From Squalus acanthias (lineage: Eukaryota): 64,000 nt of DNA. Below are positions 47,990-59,699 of the stretch, in pieces. The stretch covers positions 95,482,001-95,546,000 of the forward strand of contig CM059432.1 of the NCBI GenBank assembly GCA_030390025.1. Direction: 5' to 3'. The notes beneath the pieces are model-generated. The model was not told the DNA's origin. It did no database searches and worked only from the letters and a program-made list of their open reading frames with translations. Numbering within the stretch: the first letter of the stretch is position 1; each line of letters opens with the position of its first letter. Both the position numbers and the translations under genes were made by a program.

Positions 47990-50900
47990 TAGATATGTAG
48001 CCCATTTACCACTGGCCCATGTCGAAACTGCAAACAATCCGGAGGAGGCGGACCTGTGTGGGAGCGGCAGCGGGACCTGAGAGAAGGCGGAGCGGCCATA
48101 AAAGAGCGCGGCAGAGGAGGCCCGACACCGGAGTGCTGCGAGTTGGGAAAGAGTCCGAGAGCGGGAGCAGTCAAACAACAACAACTGCAAAACCGCTAAA
48201 GTGACGTCACAACCAGGGAAGGAACTGATTGGTAAGTAGGACCTGGTGAGTATTTCTACAGTCCAGTCGTTAAAGTAAAAGTAAGGTCTCTAGTTTAGAA
48301 TGAGTAGTGTTTAAAGGGAAGTAAGGTCCCTAGTGTATTTAATATTCTTTAATTTAAAGGAAGTAAAGGGAGTAAATTAAGGGTAGGACATGGCAGGGCA
48401 GCTCCGCAGCATGGAGTGCTCCTCCTGTGCTATGTGGGAAATCAGGGACACTTTCGGTGTCCAGGGCGAACACATGTGCAGGAAGTGTCTCCAGCTGCAG
48501 CTACTCGAAATCCGCGTTTTGGAGCTGGAGCTGCGGCTGGAGTCACTGTGGAGCATCCGCGAAGCTGAGATCTTCATGGATAGCACGTTTAACGAGGTGG
48601 TCACACCGCAGGTAAAGAGTGCATAGGCAGACAGGGAATGGGTGATCGCCAGACAGAGTAAAAGAACTAGGAAGGTAGTGCAGGAGTCCCCTGGGTCCAT
48701 CTCCCTCTCTAACAGATTTTCTGTTTTGGATACTGCTGGGGGAGATGGTTTCTCAGGGGAATGCAGCAAGAGCCAAGTCCGTGGCACTATGAGTGGCTCA
48801 GCTGCACGGGAGGGGAGGAAAAAGAGTGGGAGAGCAATAGTGATAGGGGATTCTATCGTACGGGAAACAGATAGACGTTTCTGTGGCCGCAGACGTGACT
48901 CCAGGATGTTGCCTCCCTGGTGCCAGGGTTAAGGATGTCACTGAACGGCTGCAGGGCATTCTGAAGGGGGAGGGCGAACAGTCAGAGGTCGTGGTTCACA
49001 TTGGTACCAACGCCATAGGTAGAAAGAGGGATGAGGTCCTGCAACAAGAATTTAGGGAGTAAGGTAGCAGATTAAAAAGCAGGACCTCAAAGGTTGTAAT
49101 CTCTGGATTACTCCTGGTGCCACGTGCTAGTGAGTATAGGAATAGGAGGATAGAACAGATGAATGCGTGGCTAAAGAGTTGGTGCAGGAGGGAAGGCTTT
49201 AGTTTCCTGGATCACTGGGTCTGCTTCTGGGGAAGGTGGGACCTGTACAAGTCGGACGAGTTGCACCTGAACCGGAACGGGACCAACATCCTTATATAGA
49301 GGAGAAAACAAGTCAGCCTGGAAGGCAGAGCAAATATATAACGGCACAAGGGAGTATGGCAAGGCTGGATGGCATTTATTTTAATGCAAGGAGTCTTGCG
49401 AGTAAGGCAGATGAATTGGAGGTGTTGATGAACACGTGGGAGTATGATATTATTGCTGTCACAGAGATATGGTTGAGGGAGGGGCAGGACTGGCAGCTCA
49501 ATATTCCAGGGTATAGAATCTTCAGGTGAGACAGAGGGGGGTGTAAAAGAGGAGGGGGTGTCACAATATTAATCAAGGAGTCAATTACTGCTGTAAGGAG
49601 GGATGATATCTTAGCAGGTTCCTCTAATGAGGCCATATGGGTAGTACTTAAAAACAAAAAGGGGGCAAGCACATTGCTGGGAGTGTACTATAGGCCCCCA
49701 AACAGTCAGGGGGAGATAGAGGAACAGATATGTAGGCAAACCTCAGAGAAGTGTAGAAATAATAGGGTAATAATAGTAGGGGATTTCAACTTCCCCAATA
49801 TTAATTGGGATAGTCAGAGTGTGAAGGGCTTAGAGGGTGCAGAATTCTTAAAGTGCATCCAGGAGAGCTTTTTGAGCCAGCATGTAGAAAGTCCTACAAG
49901 AGAGGGGGCGGTACTGGACCTAATTCTAGGGAATGTAGCCGGGCAAGTGGTAGAAGTGTCAGTAGGAGAGCATTTTGGTGACAGTGACCATAATTCGGTG
50001 AGATTTAAGGTAGTCATGGAAAAGGACAAAGATGGACCGTAAATAAAGGTTCTAAATTGGGGGAAGGCCGATTTTAATATGATAAGGCAGGATCTGGCCA
50101 AAGTGGACTGGGATCAGCTACTTGTAGGAAAATCCACATCAGAGCAGTGGGAGTCTTTCAGAAAGGAAATAGAGAGAGTACAACGCCAACATGTTCCCAT
50201 AAAGGTCAAGGTTGGGACCAACAAGCCCAGGGAACCCTGGATGTCAAGGGATATACAAGAATGATTTAGGAAAAAAAGGGAGGCTTTTGGCAGATACAAA
50301 GGACTAAAAACAGTGGAAGCCCTAGAGGAGTATAGAAAGTGTAAGGGGGGTACTTAAAAAAGAAATTAGGAGAGCGAAGAGGGGGCATGAAAAAACACTG
50401 GCGGGCAAAATAAAGGAAAATCCCAGGGTGTTTTATAAGTATATTAAGGGCAAGAGGATAACCAGGGAAAGAGTAGGGCCCATTAGGGACCAAAGTGGCA
50501 ATCTGTGTGTAGAGCTGGAAGATGTGGGTGAGGTTTTAAATGAATATTTTGCATCTGTGTTCAGTATGGAGAAGGACGATGTAGGCATAGAAGTCAGGCA
50601 GGGGGATTGTGATGTACTTGAACAAATTAGCATTGAGAGGTGACGTAAGAAAACTACTAGGCACTTGGTCTAAGCGTTAAACAAAGCTTTAATCAACTGT
50701 TTTACAACATGGAGGTCTAGTTGTGTCCTTCACTTGTTCCTGTTAAGAATGTCCTGCGCAAGCTGGGCCCGTGCCCGAGTATTTATACTCTCCCTGGACA
50801 GCGCCACCCGCAGGCCACTCAGTATTATTTCATAAGTCTTTCTTTCATGAATGACAGATTCATGTCAAGAGGGAAGAGGTACTAACGGTTTTAGCAGGCT

Positions 50901-51662
50901 TAAAAGTGGATAAATCCCCAGGCCCAGATGAGATGTATCCCAGGCTGCTGTGTGAGGCAAGGGAGGAGATTGCAGGGGCTCTGACACAAATTTTTAGAAC
51001 CTCTTTGGCCACAGGGGAGGTGCCAGAGGACTGGAGGACAGCTAACGTAGTACCATTATTCAAGAAGGGTAGTAGGGATAAACCAGGGAATTACAGGCCA
51101 GTGAGCCTAACATCAGTGGTAAGGAAATTATTGGAAAAAATTCTGAGGGACAGAATTAGTCTCCACTTGGAGAGGCAAGGATCAATCAAAGATAGTCAGC
51201 ATGGCTTTGTCAGGGGGAGATCATGACTAACCAATTTGATTGAATTTTTCGAGGGGGTGACTAGGTGTGTGGATGAGGGTAGTGCAGTTGATGTAGTCTA
51301 CATGGACTTCAGTAAGGCTTTTGACAAAGTCCTGCATGGGAGACTGGTCAAGAAGGTAAGAGCCCATGGGATCCAGGGCAATTTGGCACATTGGATCCAA
51401 AATTGGCTTAGTGGCAGGAGGCAGAGGGTGATGGTCAAAGGTTGTTTTTGTGACTGGAAGCCTGTGTCCAGTGGTGTACCACAGGGATCGGTGTTGGGTC
51501 CTTTGCTGTTTGTAGTGTACATTACTGATTTAGATATGAATGTAGGAGGTATGATCAGTAAGTTCGCAGATGACACGAAAATTGGTGGAGTGGTAAATAG
51601 CGAGGAGGGAAGCCTCAGGCTACAGGACAATATAGACGGGTTGGTCAGATGGGCAGAACAGT
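47990..51662 (+). mobile_element. 5'-complete CR1 LINE (UTR, ORF1, ORF2 up to the RT FADD motif), cut at its 3' side by a Harbinger
   Basis: ORF1 from 48390: CSSC ... HMCRKC zinc finger, coiled coil, SGNH esterase (VIGDSIVR, GTN, DELHLN). ORF2: YFNARSL, VYYRPPN, GDFN, DSDHN, NYRPVSLTS, GVPQGSVLGP, FADD. Several stops. Confidence 0.95.
50641..50867 (-). mobile_element. Solo LTR (227 bp) inserted in CR1 ORF2
   Basis: TGAC ... GTCA termini; 5-bp TSD AGAGG (50636-50640 and 50868-50872); minus-strand TATAAATA (50787-50780) upstream of ATTAAA (50693-50688). Confidence 0.82.
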
Positions 51663-52997
51663 GGCCTAGAAATTGGATATGGCCCGAAAATGGGTGGTGT
51701 CATGGCGCAGCGCTATTTAGCTGCACTGGGTCAAAGTGGTCTAGGTAGCACGCAAAATTCATGCTGAGTGCTTATTTACATGATTATAGTGCTGATCTCA
51801 GTGCTAACACCACTGCTCATTGGCTTACCACTCAACAGGTGGGCCAATATCAGGTGCAGTCTAATTGCAAGTCATGTTTGGCCTATCCACTACTTAAAGG
51901 GGAGGTGCATTGATGCAACAGCACCTCATTGTCATTCCATTTGAAGCAGAACTGATTTATCAAGAGATGGCTGAGCGGCAGCAGAGGGAGAGAGCAACAT
52001 GGTTCTCAGATGCAGCTCTGGAGTCACTGGTGGTGGCTGTGGAGAGGAGGCAGGCTGTACTCTTCCTGCAAATCAGTTGGAAGCTATCAGCCCATATGTG
52101 TAGAAGGCTGTGGCAGGAGATCTCTGCTTACGTGTGGTTGCCAGGTCCTGGAATCAATGCAGCAAGAAGTTTAATGATTTCACACGGTAGGTCAAGGTGA
52201 GTGAAGGCTTCAGCAAATGTCATATCCCACCATCTGCACCACAAGCCTCACACACTGCTCAATGCATCACACCCCCATCGCTCACCTACCAACAATCTTT
52301 ATCACTGACGGGCTTCCTTTCTCTTGCAGGCTAAGGTCGCGCACAATTGCCGGGAGCAGTGGCAGACAGGCGGGGGGAAAGCCGTGAATTGCCGGGAGCA
52401 GTGGCAGACAGGCGGGGGGAAAGCCGTGAATTGCCGGGAGCAGTGGCAGACAGGCGGGGGGGAAAGCCGTGAATTGCCGGGAGCAGTGGCAGACAGGCAG
52501 GGGGAAAGCCGTGATACAAGCCTTGAACCAACCGGAGGAGAGTGTGCTTGGCATCATTGGACATGAGGTCACCAAGGCTGTGGCAACGGGCGAGGTTGAA
52601 GTCCTTGGGGATAACAACGGTATGCTCATTCCTGTTACCTTATAACCTTGCAAGAAGTTAATAAAGCTGCTGGAGTTGCAGAAAGTTCCACAGAGCCAGT
52701 CAAACTGAACAAACATGTGAGGTGCAAGTTGTTGCTGATGATCCCTTTAAATACCGCTGCTGGAGCCTCCTTCCTGTTTGTCAACGCTTGCTCAGCTTGT
52801 CATAGTTAAGGCATGCTGGTAAGTGGAGCGGCAAAGTCCAAGCAGGCAGATCGGGCATCAACTGATGTCACGATCTGCTTCATTTCAATGATTTTCACCG
52901 CGGAACCCACCGCCAGCTGGTGGAAGAGTGGCAGCCGCCATTTTTTCGCCTAATTTTGGTGTTAACAGGTGGCGATAAACCACCCAATTTCTAACCC
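51663..52997 (+). mobile_element. Non-autonomous Harbinger with Myb/SANT exons 1-2
   Basis: TIRs GGCCTAGAAATT / AATTTCTAACCC; MAERQQRERATWFSDAALESLVVAVERRQAVLF; same splice sites as the copy at 11453. Confidence 0.88.
52345..52513 (+). repeat. Four 42-bp tandem repeats
   Basis: AATTGCCGGGAGCAGTGGCAGACAGGCGGGGGGAAAGCCGTG x4; unit 3 has one extra G. Confidence 0.95.
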
Positions 52998-53684
52998 ATT
53001 GATTTGTTTGCAACAGCATTGGGCTTGGGAGAAAAAAACAGACAAGGTGTGGACCGATAGTTTACTGTGTGTAATAGGTGAGAAAGCGATAAGGGTGTAT
53101 AATAAAATCTACGTATGGTGAGGGAGAGGGAAAATGGGACCTGAAGGTAGTCATGAAGAAGCTTGTGGGATATTTCACACCTGAGCAGAATATTGGGGAT
53201 GAAATTCTGCGAGGACACGATCCCAGCAGTTGCACCTGGTTTAAGCCCACCGGTGACCTGCACTGTTGACTAAGCCGAAGTTCATAAGGGAGAGGGTGTT
53301 TAAGGATCAGCCATTTAGCAGGTTGGAGATTCATCTGTGACGCTCCTCTGCTAAAGAGGCCAGGCTGGGGGAGGAAGGAGTGTGCTGGTTCCCCTCCCGG
53401 AAAGAGCAAGAGGCTATCCTCAGTCATCCCTTGTTTCAGGAATGAGGGGAAGATTTTTTAAAATATATTGTTAGATAACCTTTAAGGACCGCTGGGTAGG
53501 CTGCTCCACCTAGGCTGAGCTTGTATGACACAACCTCTGCTCATTTGCACCCAAATTTTCCATCGGGGTCGTACAACTACTGTTAGGACCCCGATTTGCA
53601 TATACAAGCCACCTCATGCCTGTTCGAAATGTTGACCGTCAAAACTTTTTTTTAATGGGGGCAAGTGCAGCTTGGAAACGTAAT

Positions 53685-55809
53685 GGGGGAGAAATTAGTT
53701 TTAGCCAGTAAAGTCACCGGACACCGGCAACTGGAGTTAACGGCCGCTGAAAATGGCCGCACTGCTAACGGAACAAAATTCATCTGGGGGGATGAAGATG
53801 GTTGGCACAGCACTTGCCTGCCATGCAACGCCGTCCTGGTGATGTTGCTGGAAGCATCCCACCCGAAGTTTGTGTGCAGGTGCGGCATTGCAGCTGCCTA
53901 CAGCCTCTGGAAGTGAGACTGTGGAGCTCGCAAGAAATTGTGGGCAATGAAGAGGTCTGAGAATGAAAGGGGCCATGCACACTGAAGCAATACAAATTAA
54001 AATGACGAGAAACAATGCAGTTTTCAGCCCTTTCTGCCTTCTAAAAAAATATTTAACATTTAAAAAGTCCCAAATGTGAATATTCAGCTCTTAAAGATGA
54101 ATTCCCTTCCTAACCTCAAAAAATGGGAAAAATGCTTCAGCACTACCACAAATGGCTCAACAAGCCATGGAAGGGGCACCCAGGGTCTGCACGCAGCACT
54201 CCAGCTTTGTGCAGGGTTTCAACACTGCAAGACGGGCCCTCTACCCACAGGGACCAGGAGGCCCTCCAGAAAGAATGATGTGGGATCAGATCACCGAGGC
54301 CGTCACTGCCAGCAGTGTCACCCCCACCACCTGGCTCCAGTGCCCAAAGAAGCTTCATGACCTCAGACCAGTGGTCAGTAAATGCATCTTCAAAAGCCGT
54401 CTCCTACCAACTAGCGTCACACACTGCTCAATGCACGACCCCCACCCCCAATCACTCACCTGCCAACAATCTGCACCAATCATGAGGCAGATCTCCCATT
54501 CCTAGCCTCACCTCACCCCCTTGGAGGAGACGGTGCAGGCCATTCTTGGCAGGGACATGGCTGAACCCTTGGCCAGCGGCGGGGCTATCCTCCTTCTGGC
54601 ATGCACATCTTGTTTTCCCACCCTCCCATCACCACAACTCCACCCTTGTGCCTTCCTCAGATCACACATCCAAGAAATGCAGCCTGCCCAGCCAGTCAGT
54701 GACCAAGAAGAGGGAGACGAGAGTGAAGAGGAACAAGAAGATTGATTTGACACTCCCAGCCACCAGGTCCTCAAGGTCAACCTGCAAGGACGTTTGCAGT
54801 GTCCCCCACTGAAAGTCAGCAGCTTTCCACCAGCCATGCTGCAGCCACTGAGTAGCACTGTGTGACATCAGTAGGATAGGCAAAGTCACACACAAGACAG
54901 TCACTAAGAGAATGCATATGGGTGAGGAGTTGATTTCTTTATCACATTGGATGGATAGACGTATATAGGTGGATTGGAAAGTTTGCTTTGTGGTGGCTTT
55001 TATTTCAGCATCATATCCAAGTGGACATTGTGATGGCCAGTAACAGAGGGAAGGTAAGGTGTGGGACTAATGTTGAAAGGGGAATTGAGGTTGTGGTCAC
55101 TGGTACCACGGGCAGATGATTCCATCCCGGATATCCTTGCCACAAAGGGGCTGTCTGGGATGCATCCTTCCGTCTGATTCCTCCTCTTCTGCTTCCTTCT
55201 CTTTGGCTTTCTCCTCTTCTGTGGCTTCCTCTTCCCCCTGCAAGCGGATGCTGTAAATGTGCAATGACAGCATAAAATGCTGGAAATACTCAGCTGGTCA
55301 GGCAGCATGTCGACCTGTTTTACTCTGCACGGATGTCTTCTCAAAGGCCTTCATTTACCATCCGAGCAAGCATCCAGCAGCACTCCCTATACACTTAAAA
55401 AACTTTTCACATCTATTGCAGCAAGCCACCACTTCAATAAAATAAAAAAAATGAGTCCAAGACCTTAAATCCAAACTTAACTGAACGATGTGCGTGTTCC
55501 TTTAAGTGGTGCAGACATCGGCCATCGCCACTGTCAGCCTGCTTGCTGTTAACCTGGTTAAACTGGCGTGTTTAGGACCCAGCACTGAATTCAGCGCTAG
55601 GGTCGAAGTTTGCGCTTGTGATGTAAAGTTGGCGTTGCATGCCGATTTACGTCACAACGCTGCCAGTTTGTCCATTTTGCACTGCCAGTTACCGGCAGCG
55701 CAAAGGTAAGGACGAAAACGACCAGCAGCTGGCAAAAGAGCGGCGGCCGCAGTTTTAGCGCCATTTAATGGCGCTACAGAGTGGCACTAAGGCCACGAAT
55801 TTCTTGCCC
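53685..55809 (+). mobile_element. Non-autonomous Harbinger with a Myb/SANT remnant
   Basis: TIRs GGGGGAGAAATT / AATTTCTTGCCC with TSD AAT. 54152-54375 reads RRALYP ... WDQITEAVTASSVTPTTWLQCPKKLHDL. Confidence 0.85.
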
Positions 55810-56399
55810 AATGATGATAATTTTGAAATGGTCCTGCCATAAGGTAAATACATTAACCTGTTCATATTTTTTGTGGAATTACTCTGATTCATCTTATTTT
55901 AGTCTGAATGCACAACCATATCCTGCTAGGCAGACTCAGCTGTTAAACAATCAACCAGTCGGGAGCCTGGCTAAAGGAGCAAACAGGAAGCAACACTGTT
56001 GCTACCACAATCTCAAACTTTCAGCATGCTACTGATGTCTGAGATACAAAACAAGCCAGTTTCCTGGAGTGTAGACACCACTCGAGTTTAAAAAAGCTCC
56101 TGTTGGTATTTGTGTGTGAGAAAGAATAAGAGAGGGGCAGAGAGTGAATAACAGAAAAAGCAACAAGGAATGAGAGAGAGGAATTGAGAGAGAGGGAATG
56201 TGAGAAAGAGGGAATGAGCGGGGAGAAGGCGAATGAGACAAGAATGAAAGAATTCAATCCAGTTTTCAAGTTAGTAGGTGGAAACAAAACATGACAATAG
56301 CTGCACTAGAGTGAAGTTTCAAAGTTCCTTGCATGAATACTTGAAATTACAGTGAGAATATCTGTGATCATAATCGCACACTATACTCCGCCATTAACT

Positions 56400-56703
56400 C
56401 ATCAAATCAGCTGTGTGAAACCTTGGCATCCTATTGGACCCACAGTTGAGTTTCTAGCCCTCCGTCCTATCCATCAACAGGAGTGCTTACTTCCACCTCC
56501 ACAATATCACCAGCCTTCGTCAACTACATTGTTGCTGAAACCTATGTTCATGCTCTGCTCATATCGAGACCCTATTTCTCTAAAGTTTTCCTTGCCAGCC
56601 TTCCATTCTCCTTGTTCCATAAACTTCAATTAGTTCAAAACACAGTTGTCCATATCCTGTCCTACACTAAGCGCTGCTTGCCCATCAACACTATCCTTAC
56701 TGA
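56400..56703 (+). mobile_element. Old L2 fragment
   Basis: AETYVHALLISRPYFSKVFLASLP ... KLQLVQN. Confidence 0.65.
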
Positions 56704-56707
56704 TCGA

Positions 56708-56795
56708 TGTGAGAAGTCGCACAACACCAGGTTATAGTCCAACAGCTTTATTTGAAATCACAAGCTTTCGGAGCGCTGCTCCTTCGTCAGGTGAA
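56708..56795 (-). mobile_element. Penelope terminal fragment with a hammerhead motif (56758-56794)
   Basis: Homologous to the left arm at 10573-10661. The minus strand reads UCAC-CUGACGA-A-GGAGC(AGC)GCUCC-GAAA-GC-UU-GUGA. Confidence 0.8.
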
Positions 56796-57720
56796 CATTT
56801 GTATACCAACATCATTCATGGTCATTTGTAGGTTGTAACCTCTTCACACATGGCACATTGGTGAGGCTGCAGCAGTTTTACTGCCTGCAGCAGATACATT
56901 GCTTGGGGCCTAGTGATCCTCCTTCTATGGCCTGAGACCTTCCTGGCACTTCACTGAAGCTGCTGCTCCTCCTTCTTCTCCTTTGCCAACATGACTAACA
57001 AATGATAAACTATTGCAGCTGGACTGAAACAAATAAGTTGCTCTTTTTGACGTCTCCTGGGCAGCTCCGACTTGACCTCTGTGAACTCTCTCTGCTATTT
57101 TTTTGCCATCATTAAGACAATGCCAGACAAGCATGAGCAAAATTGCACAATTGCCTTTAACTGGTACTTACCAGCCAAATTAAAAACATTAATGATGGTT
57201 TTTTGCATTAGCCAGTGTTAATCCAAATTCAACACTGGGAGGAATTTTAGGAACTGCAATATTTTGGGGTTTCTTTTACCTTTTCACTCAAGATATTTTT
57301 GACATCCATGTTTCAGGCTATTTTCTTAGCTTAGCACTTGCTCCCTATATCATTGAGAGTGTTTTCATTTGCCCTAATATCGAGGTAAAGTAACATAGAG
57401 CACCCAGGATAACAAACAGAAAACCTTTTTTATCTTTTCAATTCCTTCAGCTACTAGTACTATTCTCTGCCTTCACAGGATCCTCCTTGTCCTCAAAAGG
57501 AGCAAAATAACTTTACACTGGACCTTGTTTTGAGCTTTAGCTGCCAAACAACTAGGAACATGGGAATTGCTAGGAATAGGAAGACCACGGTCCATCTAGT
57601 TCACCTTCTACCATCCTGGTAGTCACATGATATAACAATAATGGTGTTGTTGACTAATCATAGCAATCAATCTCTATCAATTAGTCTACAACAGATCCAG
57701 ATATGAAACGAGAAAAACCC

Positions 57721-58915
57721 CATAGAATCATAGAATGATTACAGCACGGAAGAAGGCCATTCGGCCCATTAAGCCCGTGCCATCTCTCTGCAAGAGCACT
57801 TCAGCTAGTCCCACTCCCCCGCCCTTTCCCCGTAGCCCTGCAAATCTCTTTCCTTCAGATACTTATCCAACTCCCTTTTGAAAGCCGTGATTGAATCTGC
57901 CCCCACCACCCTTTCAGGCAGTGCATTCCAGATCTTAACCACTCGCTGCATAAAAAAGTTTTTTCTTACGTCGCCTTTGGTTCTTTTGCCAATCACCTTA
58001 AATCTGTGTCCTCTGGTTCTCGACCCTTCTGCCAATGAAAACAGTTTCCCTCTATTTACTCTGTCCAGACCCCTCCAAGGAGAACAACCCCAGATTCTCC
58101 AGTCTATCAACGTAACTGAAGTCCCTCATTCCTAGAATCATTCCCGTAAATCTTTTCTGCACCCTCTCTGAAGCCTTCACATCCTTCCTAAAGTGTGGTG
58201 CCCAGAATTGGACACAGTACTCCAGCTGGGGTCGAACCAGTGTTTTATACAGGTTCATCATAATTTCCACAATTTTGTACTCTATGCCTCTATTCATGAA
58301 GCCCAGGATCCCGTAAGCCTTTTTAACTGCTTTCTCAACCTGCCCTGCCACCTTCAACGATTTGTGCACACATACCCCCAGGTCTCTCTGTTCGTGCACC
58401 CCCTTCAGGATTGTACCATTTAGTTTATATGTCCTCTCCTCATTCTTTCTACCAAAGACTTATCTACTTTAAGTACAGCCAGCCTTTCTAATACCTCCTC
58501 TTTATTAATTTTTATCCTATCAAGTATCTCCACTACTTCCTCCATTACTATGTCTATGGCAGTATCCTCTTCCTTGGTGAAGACAGATACAAAGTACTCA
58601 TTTAGTACCTCAGCCATACCCTCTGCCTCCATGCATAGATCTCCATTTTGGTCCCTAATCAGCCCCACGCCTCCTCTTACTACCCTTTTATTATTTATAT
58701 GCCAATAGAAGACTTTTGGATTACCTTTTATGTTGGCTGCCATTCTATTCTCATACCCTCTCTTTGCCCCTCTTATTTTCTTTTTCACTTCTCATCTGAC
58801 CTTTCTACATATAGCCTGATTCTCAGATGTATTTGCAACCTGGCATCTGTCATACGTGCTCTTTTTCTGCTTCATCATATTCTAATCCCACTGAAATTGG
58901 TCTTCCCCCAGTTAA
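57721..58915 (-). mobile_element. Internally deleted CR1 ORF2 and 3' end
   Basis: ORFs 58420-58788, 58052-58399 and 57805-58110 are CR1 ORF2 pieces; TTCTATGATTCTATG tail. Confidence 0.9.
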
Positions 58916-58922
58916 ACATTTT

Positions 58923-59480
58923 GGGGGGAAAATTGGCTCGCGCCCCCTTTGGAGTGATAACTTCGCTACTTTTAGCACCCCAAAAAGGTTAGCGTTCCCG
59001 CGACCAAAATTTAATGGTAGCGCCCCAAGCAGGAGGCGGGGCGCTACTGGAAACGCTCCCCCTCCCTCTTGGGGCGCTCCCATTGAATATTGCGGCGCTA
59101 CATGCAGCAGCGCCACGCGTGTCGGCACGTAGTGCCGCAGTACTGCAGGCCTCTCTCCCCTGATTAAAGGGGAGGGGCATAGCGCAGTGCGCACCGGGGC
59201 CCTGCTGGACCACCGGGGAGCGGGGTGTCGGCAAAAGAGCCCGGCACTCAAGAGGATCATGGCTGGCACCTCGCAGGGGGAGGCGAGAGGGGGCAGGTGC
59301 TGGCAGGAGGCCCCCAAAAAAAGTTTTGTTAAATCGGACGGACGCAGCCTCCTTAAAATAGTTTAATGACCAACCCTCCTCCTGAGAGCGGTTGGTCGCC
59401 AGCCCCCCAACCCGCCTCCGTTAAAACTGGACGTGGGCGGGTTGGAGGAAGGTTGCCTATTTTAACATTTTTAACCCTCG
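58923..59480. mobile_element. CpG-rich Harbinger-type MITE fragments
   Basis: GGGGGAAAATTGG end and TAGCGCCCC / GGGGCGCTA motifs as in 45510-46403; the right boundary is unclear. Confidence 0.5.
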
Positions 59481-59699
59481 ACTGCTTGAGCTTCAGGCTT
59501 AGTATTGTAATTTTGGAGTGAGCAGGCAGCAGTAGGTAAGTGGCCAGGAAGGGGAGTAAGCAGTGCCGAAAAAAACATGCTTTCTTTTTAATTTTCGAGC
59601 AGCAGGTAGGAATGCAGCAGGGTCTGGAGTGAGCCAGAATAGTGAGAAATGATGGGGAGAAAGTGTCTAAGATCAGTTGTTGTCTCTAGTATCTCCCAT

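Noticed and set aside
52345..52513. CRISPR-like repeat array
   Set aside because: The units are head-to-tail with no unique spacers, there are no cas genes, and the context is eukaryotic.
55272..55308. Additional ribozyme-bearing Penelope copy
   Set aside because: Only about 37 bp of the inverted terminus is present (AAAATGCTGGAAATACTCAGC ...), without the hammerhead core.
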